Assembly: GCA_018970325.1 (NCBI GenBank)
Contig: JAGWWP010000001.1
Span: 7,889 to 71,888 of the forward strand
Length of the DNA: 64,000 nt
Source of the DNA: Cyanobacteria bacterium REEB446
Lineage (GTDB): Bacteria; Cyanobacteriota; Vampirovibrionia; LMEP-6097
Direction: 5' to 3'
A model generated the notes under the pieces. That model ran no database searches, was not told the DNA's origin, and saw nothing but the letters and a program-made list of their open reading frames with translations. Below are positions 19,342 to 30,800 of the stretch, piece after piece; the first letter of the stretch is position 1, and each line of letters begins with the position of its first letter. The translations under genes and the position numbers were made by a program.

Positions 19342-21933
19342 TTAGTCTGGGCTGGCTTTTGGGGAAAGGTGCTGGAAGGGGAAATTAATTACGCTGTTTC
19401 CTCCAGCTGAAGTATTTTCATCTGCAAATTTGAAATATTCTTGAGTGAAATCTTCATTCTGCCAGTTTTCTATGGATTTTATGAAATTATTAAAAGCCTG
19501 GAAGTTTGTAAAAAATGGTTGTTGATAGTATGTATGTGTTAATTCATTATAAGATTCTGTTAAATAGTCTCCTATAAAAGAGTATGTTTTCCCATCATCA
19601 ATAACAATCTGATGTTCCAAAAATAATTTAAATAGATGACGACTTCTCTCAAAATTTTCTTTTAAAATCTTGAATACCTTTTCTCCAAGATAGTCACGCA
19701 CAGTGCAAACAAGAGCTTTAAAATATTCACCAGTAATAATGTCTCCTTTGTGTAAATAACTCGCAAGAAGATCCTCTATAAATGGATTTGGCAGAAACTG
19801 AGGCTTAGTAGAGTTCAGAGTAAGAAGGTTCTGTGTAACTATTCCAGTTGATTGTAAAATACTGCTAGACTCACGCATTACTCTAGCAATGAATAAATAA
19901 GGTATAAAATCTTTATTAGTAGTAATAGTCATAGTTTTAAGCTGCTCGATTAAATTACTTAAAATATCTTTCTGCTTTTCTGTTTTCATGTTCTTAAAAC
20001 TTGGGGAAGTGATTTGCCGAGATAATAATCTAGCTAAAAAACACTGCTCTAAAGCATCTCTAGAAATAGGTTCGGCTGCTACTCTCAGAAATATACTAAA
20101 AATATTTTCATAGGTTTTATCTATATTAACTATATACTCACTATTAAGTAACCTTTTTAGAGAGAGATATTTCTCGTCCGAGCAGTACTCTTTTAATTTA
20201 ATATCATCTACAGAACTAGCTTCAATAAACTCTTTAAACTCATCTGGTTTAATTTTTGAATTTTCATAATTATAACTAAGAGTAAAATAAAGCTCATAAG
20301 AATAACGGAATCTCATTGAAATAATACCGAGATGCTCTTCTGGAGAATCTGGACGATATCCATCTTGTTTTACTTTTTCACTAATCGGTTCACCAAATAA
20401 ATAACTAAGTAACTCTATAGCTGGCTTAGCTAGAGACTCTGAATCCAGTAATGATAAATAAAAACGAGGTCCTAATTCTAGTTTAATATTACTAGATTGT
20501 AGAATTAAATACTCATAACGCTTCTCCTTCAGCGTTTGGTAAACATCATGATAATTCAAATCTAAAAGCTTAAGTACCAGTAAATCATAGGGATCAACAT
20601 TATCACCTAGAAAATCATAAGCATTATTAAAGCTCTGTGAGAGCTTCTCCAAATCTCTAAAAGTTTTTATTTCTTTAGCTAAAATTTTATAAAGCTTTAC
20701 TTCTCTAGAAAGAATATCTTTGTTGTCATTTGCCTGATTAACTTTGCTAATAATTCTTTCTTTAATCTTTTCAGAAATATGAAGCCTATTCACCAGCATT
20801 GCCACTAAATGACGCTCTGGAATTAAAGGAAGATCAATCTCATTAGGGAAGATTTTATCTAAATATTTAAAATCGAGAGCTGATTTTTCTAAAACCCTGT
20901 GTAGATGCTCTTTATCATAAGCTATGATAAACTTTATTTTTTTAAAACTCGCTAGTTGTCTAACTAACTGTAAAGTTTTGATACACTCCGCTGCTTCTAG
21001 GCGATCTATATCATCAATAATAATTAGGATTTGTTGATCCTGAATGATGTCCGGTAAATGTTTATTGATTTCTTTAAATTCATGCTCACGAGAACCTTCT
21101 AGATTAAATAAAAATGTAAAAGCAGACTGGTATTGAGTATTTAAAAGATTTTTATATCTTTCTAAATTACTATCTAAAGCTAGACTGCGAAGCGGAAATT
21201 CCTTTTTTAACTTTTCCTTTAAAACAGATATAAATTCGGAAGCGATCTGGTTAGGATCTGTACAGTACCAAGGATTGAAGTCTATAAGTAAAAGTTTATC
21301 CTTGTATTTTTTTTCAGCATACTCTTTAATAAATTCTATAGTTTTGGTTTTACCACTGCCCCAAGAAGCTTGTAGACCAAAAATTTCTGCTTCATCCTTA
21401 TATTTGTCATCTGGATTAGGTTTTAGAATCATATCTAAAAATTTTTGAGCAAATTCTTTACGTCCATAATGTTCTTCTTGCTCACTGCTAGAGCTTTTTA
21501 GGCTCTGCTCCTTCTTGCACCAAGCCGTAAATGTTTCTATTACTAAAGCCGTAATCGGTACTATCACTATCACTAAAACTGAGATAGAAGGGAATTTAGA
21601 ATATATAGAATCACTGCCTCCTAAAACAGGAAAATCAAATAAAGATCTAAAAGAATCTATTTTTAAAAACCCAAGAACTGTTACTGCTAATAAAACACCT
21701 AAAGTATCTGGCTTAATGAGTTTCTTAGAACAAGTGAGAAAAATTATGTATAAAATAGATATGCTTATTAGAATCCATGAGAAAAAAATATTATCAAACA
21801 AAGCAAGTACCTGAGTTTGAGGGGATTTTAAAGATAAATTTATTAACTCAATTGATAAAGATAAAGCCAAAAAAGTTAAGGAAAAGCTTTTCAGAAATTC
21901 TACTAAATTAGCTTTGCATTTAACGATAAACAT
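19342..21933 (-). CDS. KAP-family P-loop NTPase with N-terminal transmembrane helices
   Basis: P-loop FGLQASWGSGKT; Walker B-like ILIIIDDIDRLE; ~4 predicted TM helices in first 150 aa. Confidence 0.65.
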   Translation of the reverse strand: MFIVKCKANLVEFLKSFSLTFLALSLSIELINLSLKSPQTQVLALFDNIFFSWILISISILYIIFLTCSKKLIKPDTLGVLLAVTVLGFLKIDSFRSLFDFPVLGGSDSIYSKFPSISVLVIVIVPITALVIETFTAWCKKEQSLKSSSSEQEEHYGRKEFAQKFLDMILKPNPDDKYKDEAEIFGLQASWGSGKTKTIEFIKEYAEKKYKDKLLLIDFNPWYCTDPNQIASEFISVLKEKLKKEFPLRSLALDSNLERYKNLLNTQYQSAFTFLFNLEGSREHEFKEINKHLPDIIQDQQILIIIDDIDRLEAAECIKTLQLVRQLASFKKIKFIIAYDKEHLHRVLEKSALDFKYLDKIFPNEIDLPLIPERHLVAMLVNRLHISEKIKERIISKVNQANDNKDILSREVKLYKILAKEIKTFRDLEKLSQSFNNAYDFLGDNVDPYDLLVLKLLDLNYHDVYQTLKEKRYEYLILQSSNIKLELGPRFYLSLLDSESLAKPAIELLSYLFGEPISEKVKQDGYRPDSPEEHLGIISMRFRYSYELYFTLSYNYENSKIKPDEFKEFIEASSVDDIKLKEYCSDEKYLSLKRLLNSEYIVNIDKTYENIFSIFLRVAAEPISRDALEQCFLARLLSRQITSPSFKNMKTEKQKDILSNLIEQLKTMTITTNKDFIPYLFIARVMRESSSILQSTGIVTQNLLTLNSTKPQFLPNPFIEDLLASYLHKGDIITGEYFKALVCTVRDYLGEKVFKILKENFERSRHLFKLFLEHQIVIDDGKTYSFIGDYLTESYNELTHTYYQQPFFTNFQAFNNFIKSIENWQNEDFTQEYFKFADENTSAGGNSVINFPFQHLSPKASPD

Positions 21934-22219
21934 TGTTAGTCCCAGAATGACCGCCTATATTTAAAACAAGTATATGTAAAGAACCGTTGCTAAATTCCCA
22001 AATAATTCTAATATCACCGCTAATAAAAGAGCTGTAAACTTTACCATCATACATGGCAGTATTCACACCGTGAGTATTTAAGTTAGGAGAAAAAGGATCT
22101 ACAGAGAGACTTTCTAAAGCTTTACTAATTTGCTTTTCTAAAATCTTACTTTTTTTACAAAGCTTGGCATACTTCTTTGCTGCAAATTTTGTAAATTCAA
22201 TTTTATAATTATCGCTCAT
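21920..22219 (-). CDS. type II toxin, RelE/ParE superfamily
   Basis: C-terminal DIRIIWEF..LHILVLNIGGHSG..VY resembles RelE/ParE fold signature; overlaps KAP NTPase start by 14 bp. Confidence 0.5.
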   Translation of the reverse strand: MSDNYKIEFTKFAAKKYAKLCKKSKILEKQISKALESLSVDPFSPNLNTHGVNTAMYDGKVYSSFISGDIRIIWEFSNGSLHILVLNIGGHSGTNNVYR

Positions 22220-22237
22220 GTTTTTATAAGGATCTTA

Positions 22238-22642
22238 TCAATCATCCTCTTCAGCAAAATCAATCAGAGACTTGTGAAATGAAGCACTCTTAGGATTAAA
22301 AACCTTAACTTTACCTTGCTTTTTATCTTCTAGACTTTTTAACAATTCATCTTGCTCTTCGTTAGACAAATTAATAGAAGGCATTTTACTATTCAAAGAT
22401 ATATTAATGTTTTCTTGAAGAAAATTATTAATTAAAAATCTAACAACATCAGTGACTGAATCAAAACCTGCACTTTCTGCTTTAAGTTCAAGATGCCTCT
22501 TCTTTTCAGAACTAATTGGGATCTGTATTCTAGTGTCTTTATCGTTAACCTTTTTGGTAGCAGGTCTTGCTACTTGTATAAGTGCATGCAGTGAACCCAC
22601 CTTAGTAGACTTTTTTGATATATTTCTATCATTTTTTAGCAT
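22238..22642 (-). CDS. putative antitoxin (RHH-like N-terminal region) partner of RelE/ParE toxin
   Basis: Located 18 bp upstream of toxin gene; RIQIPISSEKKRHLELKAESAGFDSVTDVVRFLINNF is RHH-like; acidic C-terminus. Confidence 0.35.
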   Translation of the reverse strand: MLKNDRNISKKSTKVGSLHALIQVARPATKKVNDKDTRIQIPISSEKKRHLELKAESAGFDSVTDVVRFLINNFLQENINISLNSKMPSINLSNEEQDELLKSLEDKKQGKVKVFNPKSASFHKSLIDFAEEDD

Positions 22643-22700
22643 CTATTATCAAATTATACCCATTTAAGTTAAAAATTAGTAAATTCATGGAAATCTGGTT

Positions 22701-25700
22701 TCACTCACCCTTCACATCCTTCCTCCCAATCCAAGCATAAAGACAAGGAATAATAAACAGAGTAAGGAAAGTAGAGAAAAGCATACCAGCGACTATAACA
22801 ACACCCAGACTCTGACGGGATTGTGAGCCTATTCCTGTAGCTAAGGCGATAGGTAATATACCTAAAACAGTCGCTAAAGCTGTCATTAATATAGGTCTTA
22901 AACGCAGTCTACAAGCCGCCTGTATCGCATCATAGACTGGCATTTTTTCACGTTGCTGATCTATAAACTCGACTAAGAGAATACCATTTTTAGAAGCTAG
23001 CCCGATTAGCATTACTATACCGATCTGGCTGTAGATGTTAATGCTGATGTTATTAAACTGTGGAATTACGAACTGTATCCAGAAAGGCGCTCCTAGAGCT
23101 ATGGCTGTTTTCGTAATCAGTGGGAAAAGCTGGAATAGAGCAAGTCCTAGAAGACCGCCAGTAATCGCTAGTGGTACTGTAAATAAAATAACGAGTGGAC
23201 TTCTAAAGCTCTCAAACTGCCCAGCGAGAAACAGATAGGCGAAAAGTAATGCTATCGCAAAGGTAATATAGAGAGCGGTATTACTTTCCTTTTCCTCTCT
23301 AGAAACGCCTTTATAATCTATCTCGAAGTCTACTGGCTTATCTGGAGATTCAGCAACGATTTTAAAAATCAGTTTTTCTAAATCTCTTAAACCTTCACTA
23401 GCTGGTACTCCGGGAACTGGTGCTGCTTGAATGCTTACGGAGCGTCTTCTGTTTAAGTGATTCCATTCTTCTACACCTACTTTAGGAGTGACTTCTATTA
23501 AGTTAGACAGAGCGATTAATTGCCCGCTTTCTGTTTTAATCGGTACTTCGCCTAGTTTACGAATTTCATCTTTTTCATATTTAGGTAGCCTCGCTATAAC
23601 CTTATAATTTTCACCTTTAAGGTTAAATTCAGTCAGATCATCGCTAGCGAAGAGTATCTGTAAACTACGCGCTATCTCACGCATATTCACGCCAAGCTTT
23701 TGAGCCTTATCCCTGTCTATGCGTACTTCTAACTCTGGTTTATTAAAACTCAAATCAGATTTACTGAATATCAGTCTAGGTAAGCTGTTCGCTTCAGCGA
23801 GTATTTTTTTACTCAGTTTAGATAGAAAATCTATATTTTGACTTTTTAAAACTATTTCTATCGGTAGTGAGCCAAAACCCGTTTCTGGTCCTGAAGATGG
23901 GAATATCGGCAAGACGAAAGCCTCTGGAATAGATCTAAACGTGTCGAATAATGGTCCAGCTATCGCAAAAACATTTTTAGAACGCTCATCCCAAGGTATT
24001 AATCTGTTAATCATAATTCCCTGATTGACTTTACCTGGTCCATCTCTACCGAAGGCAGCTACAGAGATAATAGTATCCATTTCAGGGATTTTATTTAATA
24101 TATTTTCTGCCTTGCGCATCTGTTTATCTAGATAATCTAAGTTAGTTCCAGTGCGGGTTTGGATTAATGTTAAGAAATTCCCTCTGTCTTCATTAGGTAT
24201 AAAATCTTTAGGAATATAGATGAACATTGCTGCTGAGATTAGGCTACAGCTAAGTGCACTCAGTATAACTATGGTTCTTTTATGTCTTAGACAGAATGGA
24301 ATGCTGTTTACATAAGTATTTTCGATAAAATCATAAAAAGCACCGATAGCTCCTAGTATATTACCGATAAAAGTTTTTCTTGAACTTGTACCTTTGGCAA
24401 CAGTACCATTATGTCTAAGGATTTTAGAGCAGAGCATCGGCGCTAAGGTTAAAGCGACGAAAGCAGATATGAGGGTAGCAAAACATAGTGAAAACGCAAA
24501 TTCAGAAAGTAATCTGCCCGAGAGACCTTTTAGAAAGGCTACTGGTAAGAAGATAACTATAAGTACTAGAGTCGTCGCCATTACGGCTAGAGTGATCTCC
24601 TTAGTACCTTCTTTAGCAGCTAATTTAGGGTCATAGCCTTCTTCTATCTTCCTATAGACATTCTCTAGGACTATGATCGAATCATCTACTACTATACCTA
24701 TCGCTATTACTAAGCCTAATAGTGTCATCAGATTTATAGTGAAACCTAGTACTGCAAGACCGCCCATAACCCCTATGATACTTATAGGGATAGAGATAGC
24801 TGGGATTAAAGTACTTCTTAAGTTTCTCAGGAAAAGAAAAATAATAATAATAACAAGTAAGCTAGAAAAAAGAACAGTAAAGAAAAGGTCTTCTATACTG
24901 TATTTGATAAATTTTGCAGAGTCAAAACCGACTTCCATACTTATATCTTTAGGTATTTTAGTTTTTAATTCCTTAATACGCTTGTGTACTTCATCTGAAA
25001 TTTGTATCGTATTAGCTTTAGACTGTTTTACGACCCCGAGTCCAAAACCCTTTTCACCATTAAATCTAACGAAGCTTCTATCATTTTCTGCTCCTTCTTT
25101 AATGTCTGCAACATCGCTTAAGCGTATTACGCCAGTTGGAGTCCGCTTGATGATTAAGTTAGCATAGGCTTCTACTGTTTTAAGCGTGGCATCGACTTTA
25201 ACACTAAATTCGGTATTTTTAGATTCGATTAAACCACCAGGAAGTTCTAGGTTATTATCACGCATCGCTTTTTCTAAATCAAGGACACTAAGATTATGAT
25301 AAGCCAGCTTCTGAGGGTCTAAGAGAACTTGAATAGATTTACGTTTCTCGCCACCGAATATTACTTTACTTACGCCATCTATGGTCTGGAAATAGTCTTT
25401 AATATTACTGTCTACATACTCAGAGAGTTCCAGTAAATCTCTTTCGTCAGATTTGATTAAAATCCACATTATAGGGCTCGCATCAGCTTCGGCTTTAGCG
25501 ATCTGTGGGTCATTAGCGTTATCTGGTAGCTTGGAAGCTATTCTAGATACCTTTTCCCTAACGTCTTGGGCAGCAGTATCTATATTTTTAGATAGCTCAA
25601 ACTCTACTACTACTGAGCTAACTTGATCTCTACTGTTAGAGATTAAAGACTTAATACCACTGATACTCGTAAGCTCTTCTTCGATAATGTTAGTAAGCTC

Positions 25701-25883
25701 ACTTTCTATGACTTCAGCATTAGCACCAGGGTAGACGGTAGTCACAGTGACTATCGGTGCATCTATATCTGGGTATTCCCTTATGGGCAGGCGGGTAAAA
25801 GAAATTAAACCGACCAAAACTATCAGCAGTGAAAAAACACTAGCCAAGACTGGTCTATTAACTGATAAATCACTAATCGACAC
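22701..25883 (-). CDS. RND family efflux transporter, inner-membrane pump (AcrB/HAE1-like)
   Basis: 1060 aa, 12 TM with two large periplasmic loops, characteristic N-terminal MSISDLSVNRPVLASVFSLLIVLVGLISF. Confidence 0.9.
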   Translation of the reverse strand: MSISDLSVNRPVLASVFSLLIVLVGLISFTRLPIREYPDIDAPIVTVTTVYPGANAEVIESELTNIIEEELTSISGIKSLISNSRDQVSSVVVEFELSKNIDTAAQDVREKVSRIASKLPDNANDPQIAKAEADASPIMWILIKSDERDLLELSEYVDSNIKDYFQTIDGVSKVIFGGEKRKSIQVLLDPQKLAYHNLSVLDLEKAMRDNNLELPGGLIESKNTEFSVKVDATLKTVEAYANLIIKRTPTGVIRLSDVADIKEGAENDRSFVRFNGEKGFGLGVVKQSKANTIQISDEVHKRIKELKTKIPKDISMEVGFDSAKFIKYSIEDLFFTVLFSSLLVIIIIFLFLRNLRSTLIPAISIPISIIGVMGGLAVLGFTINLMTLLGLVIAIGIVVDDSIIVLENVYRKIEEGYDPKLAAKEGTKEITLAVMATTLVLIVIFLPVAFLKGLSGRLLSEFAFSLCFATLISAFVALTLAPMLCSKILRHNGTVAKGTSSRKTFIGNILGAIGAFYDFIENTYVNSIPFCLRHKRTIVILSALSCSLISAAMFIYIPKDFIPNEDRGNFLTLIQTRTGTNLDYLDKQMRKAENILNKIPEMDTIISVAAFGRDGPGKVNQGIMINRLIPWDERSKNVFAIAGPLFDTFRSIPEAFVLPIFPSSGPETGFGSLPIEIVLKSQNIDFLSKLSKKILAEANSLPRLIFSKSDLSFNKPELEVRIDRDKAQKLGVNMREIARSLQILFASDDLTEFNLKGENYKVIARLPKYEKDEIRKLGEVPIKTESGQLIALSNLIEVTPKVGVEEWNHLNRRRSVSIQAAPVPGVPASEGLRDLEKLIFKIVAESPDKPVDFEIDYKGVSREEKESNTALYITFAIALLFAYLFLAGQFESFRSPLVILFTVPLAITGGLLGLALFQLFPLITKTAIALGAPFWIQFVIPQFNNISINIYSQIGIVMLIGLASKNGILLVEFIDQQREKMPVYDAIQAACRLRLRPILMTALATVLGILPIALATGIGSQSRQSLGVVIVAGMLFSTFLTLFIIPCLYAWIGRKDVKGE

Positions 25884-26877
25884 GGCTTAATTTAGCTCCT
25901 TCATAAATACTGTAGAGACCAGCATAGATAACTAATTCACCTTCATTAATACCCTTAGTAATTTCTACTAAGGCGTTTTTTCTCAGACCTGTTTCGACAG
26001 GCTTTTTAACAGCATTGTAGAAACCATCTTCACTAGCAGGTTCTGCAATAAAAACATATTCCTGTCCTTGATCTAGATAGATAGCTTCCTCTCTGACGGC
26101 TAGGATATTATTTTTGTCTTTTACTTTCTGCTTAATTCTAATATACTGATTAGGCTTTAGAATATTAGTGTTATTAGCTAAGCTGGCTCTGACCAGTACG
26201 GATTTAGTTTCAGAATTTACACTAGGTGAAATAAAATCGATGCGTGCTTTAGTTACCACGGTCTTATCGACGTCACTAGTAAGATCTAATTCCAGACCTA
26301 GGCTGACATAGGGTATAAGCCTCTCTGGAATAGTATAGGAAACTCTTAAAGGATGAACTTTTACTAATTCTAGAATCGGGTCACCGACTCTGACGTAGTC
26401 ACCAGGATCTACTATGATCTTTCCTATTACTCCAGAACTAATAGCCTTTATAAGTAAGTTTCCATAACTAGCTTCTACATTTCTTAAAGCAGTTTCATAT
26501 ACAAGAAACTCTGTTCTAGAAATAGCTTCCTCATCATAGAGTTTTTTAAAGATTCGATAATTTTCTTGTGCTTTAGCTAATTCAGCTTTAATATCATCAC
26601 CTTTAATTTTTACTAAAGGCTGCCCTTCGCTTACTGAGTCACCTTCCCTTACTAAAATACTATTTACTTGCCCAGCTCTTTCTGCGGCGACAGTTATTTC
26701 TCTATAAGCTTTTAGCTCAGCTACTGTTTCAAAATCTTGTTCTAGATTGGTTCTTGCAGCAGCTTCGAATTTAACAGGCAGTGGGCGTGAGGGTTTAGCT
26801 GGAGGATTTTTCTGTGAGCAAGCGAAGCTAAGAAAGCAGAAAAACATTATTGAAACTAGGGGAGCTATTTTAGACAT
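25873..26877 (-). CDS. RND efflux periplasmic adaptor (membrane fusion protein, HlyD/AcrA family)
   Basis: Lipoprotein-like signal, coiled-coil plus beta-barrel regions, directly upstream of and overlapping the RND pump. Confidence 0.8.
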   Translation of the reverse strand: MSKIAPLVSIMFFCFLSFACSQKNPPAKPSRPLPVKFEAAARTNLEQDFETVAELKAYREITVAAERAGQVNSILVREGDSVSEGQPLVKIKGDDIKAELAKAQENYRIFKKLYDEEAISRTEFLVYETALRNVEASYGNLLIKAISSGVIGKIIVDPGDYVRVGDPILELVKVHPLRVSYTIPERLIPYVSLGLELDLTSDVDKTVVTKARIDFISPSVNSETKSVLVRASLANNTNILKPNQYIRIKQKVKDKNNILAVREEAIYLDQGQEYVFIAEPASEDGFYNAVKKPVETGLRKNALVEITKGINEGELVIYAGLYSIYEGAKLSRVD

Positions 26878-26921
26878 GAATCTCAGATATAATCATAACC
26901 TAGCCCCTTAAGGAATTTAAA

Positions 26922-27710
26922 ATGTCTTTGCTGCGTGAATTTAAAAAATTTTCTGATAACTTGGCTGCTGTATTTGATTTAAGCTCGCTGCGAAATCCTT
27001 CTAATCCCACTCTTGCTTTAAATCTTTTGACTAAAAATAATGAAAAGACTATTAAAGCTGCTTTAGAATCCTGCCATGATGTAGTTGATGAGATAATCGT
27101 AGTGGATACTGGTTCTAGCGATGCGACTAAATCTATCTTAAAATCTTATCCGAAGGTGAAACTCATAGAGGAAGAGAGTTTTAAGGGTTATAGTTATCAC
27201 CGTAATCAGGCGATCAAGGCTACTAATAGTGACTGGATTTTAGTCTTTGATAGTGATGAATTTTTATCTACCTTTTTAGCAGAAAGGATTAGGCAGCTTA
27301 TTTGCTCTAAAATTTTTTCTAAATATCGTATGTATAGTCGCTGGATTAATAAAATTTACGAAGATGGCTCCGCGACCTATGTAGCTCCGAATAAAAATTT
27401 TAAAGGCAGGTATAATGCACGTACTAGGCTCTTTCGTAATCTAGAGGGGATAGAGTTTCGTGGTGAGATACATGAATCGGTTTTTGGTTTAGAGAAGATT
27501 CGTTTTAAAGATCTCCCGCATAATTATGCGGTTTATCATTTAGATGTAGCTGTAAATACTATAGAGCAGCGTTTAGAAAAAACTGTAAATCGTAATCGTT
27601 TAAAACCAGGTACTGCCTACCCAGAGGAGTATTTACCAGAGCTTTATAAGTTTAAGTATAGACTGGTAGATGGGGCTGATTTAGCTTTATTGAAATATGT
27701 AAGTCTTTAA
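26922..27710 (+). CDS. glycosyltransferase family 2
   Basis: VDEIIVVDTGSSDATKS (GT2 DxD-region signature). Confidence 0.6.
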   Translation: MSLLREFKKFSDNLAAVFDLSSLRNPSNPTLALNLLTKNNEKTIKAALESCHDVVDEIIVVDTGSSDATKSILKSYPKVKLIEEESFKGYSYHRNQAIKATNSDWILVFDSDEFLSTFLAERIRQLICSKIFSKYRMYSRWINKIYEDGSATYVAPNKNFKGRYNARTRLFRNLEGIEFRGEIHESVFGLEKIRFKDLPHNYAVYHLDVAVNTIEQRLEKTVNRNRLKPGTAYPEEYLPELYKFKYRLVDGADLALLKYVSL

Positions 27711-27807
27711 TTTGGCTTAAAAAGTAGAAAGATAGCAGGTTTAAGGCTTTTTCTTAATAGGAATTTAATTTTTGGAATATATAAGTACACTAGGGTCTTA
27801 GTAAGAC

Positions 27808-30800
27808 TTGGTTTGGCTTATGGAAATTAATAACACTAGAGCACAGACAGTTGAATATTTAAAACTTTATCAGGATTTGCTTTCTCGCTTTGCTGTAGAT
27901 GATCGCAAGATAGGATCTACTGAGCAGGCTGTAATTAGTTTTATTGATGTAAATGGTAATTCTGTTTTAGATACTACCGAACAGGCAAATCTGAATAGTT
28001 TTAATTTAAAGCTTGATCAGATTATTACTAATTCAGCGACTTACCTAGATTCTCGGGGGCAGTTTGCTAATAATATTGATTTAGATGGACTTAATGGTAT
28101 AGATTTACAGGATAAAACTATCTTTGATCGAATTATTAGTATTTCTGAAAATGTTTACGAAAAAATGGAAAAATATCTAATGGGCTCTTTACAGACAGGT
28201 AAAGTCTTTATTTTAGATACTTCTTTTAATGAGTATGACATGGCACAGCTTTTAGACGCCACGAAAAATAGTAGGGAAAATTATTTATATCCAATTGCTT
28301 GGTCCAATGATGCAAGTAGAGTAGCAAAGATGGCGGCAAGTGTACCACCGTTATCGGCAGTTGCTTTTCGGGAATTATTCAATGGTAATCAGGCATTATC
28401 GCCTCCTGTTATTGGATTATTTGATGAAGGTTTAACTTTAAGTCAAGCGGAGAAAGTTTTAAGTTTAATAGATAGCGGTATAACACAATCTGACCGTTTA
28501 CGTTTTTATGCAAAGATATTAGATAGTGGGGTACCAATATCAACTTTAACAATAAGAGCATTCAATACTTTGTGTAACAAAGCAGAGTTTGCTGGTGTAA
28601 GTGTATCTCCAACGGCTGAGATAAAGACGGCGGGCGGTGGGATAAATGTAACATCATTTACTGGAGGTTCAGGAACGTCAGGAGATACAGCTGGTGATCA
28701 TTTAAATCATTTAATGAATATATTGTTGAAGTCTGGAAATCCAGATCCTGATATAGCTTCACAGCAGTCTCGATATTTAGAAGGGAGTTTACAGGCTGGT
28801 GAGGTTTCAATTACAGAAAAACCTTTAACTTACACAAATTTAATGGAGTTGAATGATGTTGTTGGCAATACAGTTGAGTTTAATAAACTATACATTGACC
28901 CATGGATAGAGGATCGTGCTGGTAAATTTACTGTACCATCGATTACAGAAGCAGAGTTTAAAGTTTTATTTGAAGATTTATTTGATAGAAATTGGAATTT
29001 AACGCAAGCACAGAAGCTTCTGGATTTGTTTGATCAAGGTATTAAAAAGAAAGATACCCTAGAGTTTTACGCAAAGATGATAGAAGAAGATAATTCTTTA
29101 TCAGCAAGGACAATATTTTTATTAGAGGACTATCGTAATAGTTTAGGAGTTGATTTTAAGATAAAGGCTGGTGGTGAATTGATTGGGACGAAAACGGAGA
29201 CCGATCTTGGAGGGGGATTGTATAAGACAGAGTATAAATATCCAAATCCAGTATTTGAGGCAGATATTCCAGCAGGAGCCACAGCCACAGATATAGAAAA
29301 TTATAAAAAGAAGGCATTTCAATTAAATCAGCTTGGAGAAACACTATTTAAGAAGATAGCTCCCAAGGGTCTAACTGAATCATCTAAAGACTACGCTTCT
29401 AGATTGAAAGCTACAGAAGATGCTATGCAGCAGCCAAGCCATTTATTAGAGGGTATGTTATCAGATAGACAATCAAAATTAATGATCTCGGGAAAAAATT
29501 TTTCTTATGAAAATGTAATGGATTTAGTGCTTGCAGCAGGTGATTTAGGAGCAGAAAGTTTTAGTTTTAATGGAACATTACCAACAAATACAATGTCAGT
29601 GACATATTACAAGGATACTCAGGCGACAAATAAATTGTATGCGGAAGGTTGGTCGAATGATGCAAGTAGAGTAACGAAGATGGCAGCGAGTGTACCACCG
29701 TTATCCGTAGTTGCTTTTCAGGAGTTATTTAATGGCAATCGAGGATTGGGAGTAACGGGATTATTTGATGAGGGTTTAGGCTTAGATCAAGCGAATAAAG
29801 TATTAGATTTAATAGATAGCGGTATAACAGATGTAAATCGTTTAAAGTTTTATGGACGTTTATTAGATAGTGGTGTATTGATATCAACTCTAACGATAAA
29901 AGCATTTGATAATTTATGGAAGAAAGCAGAGTTTGCTGGTGTAAATGTGTCTCCATTAGGTCAAATAAAGGGACCTAGTGGAATTAACGTAACAGCATTT
30001 AGTGGCGGTTCTGGACCAGCAGGAAACACTCCAGGAGACCATTTAAATCATTTGATGAATATATTGTTAAAGGCAGGGGATCCAGATCCTAGTATAGCTT
30101 CACAGCAGTCTAGATATTTACAAGGAAGTTTGCAGGCTGGAGAGGTTGCAATTACAGGAAAACCTTTAACATACACAAATTTAATGGAAGTGAATGATGC
30201 CATATCTGACTCCGAGACATTTGATAAACTTAGAATTCAGTATTGGACTAAGGGCTTAAGTGCCCAGCAGCTAGGAAACCGTAACAGACAGGATATAAAT
30301 AGAGTTTTTAATCGTCTATATGAGCAAAGTAATTATAATACTATTCAAGAATTTCAACGTCTTCTTGATGAAACAGGTATTTACGATCCTTCAGGCTTAA
30401 ATTATTACAAAGATCTGATGGAGGCAATGGAAAGAAATAAGGCTTTTACTTTAAGTCTTGCTACTTTTGATAATGCGATAGCCTCTTCTAGAGAACTTGA
30501 TACTTATATAGATTTAAACACCGCTAATACGAGACCCACGGCAGCAAGGCAAATAGATGAAGTATGGACTCAGCCTCTTCCAACACCTCTAATTAATTCT
30601 TCACATTCTAACTATACTGCTCATAGAGGGGCTTTTATTGACTTAATTAATGCCACAGGTTCGATAGCTAAAACGCAGGCATATTTTGTTTCGGATATCT
30701 ATGGAAGCCTAACGAATAAAGATGACATCTTAACTTATAAAGATGCTTATATCACTGGAGGAGCCAGTGCTCATACTTTATCTGAGCTACAGAAATTCAG

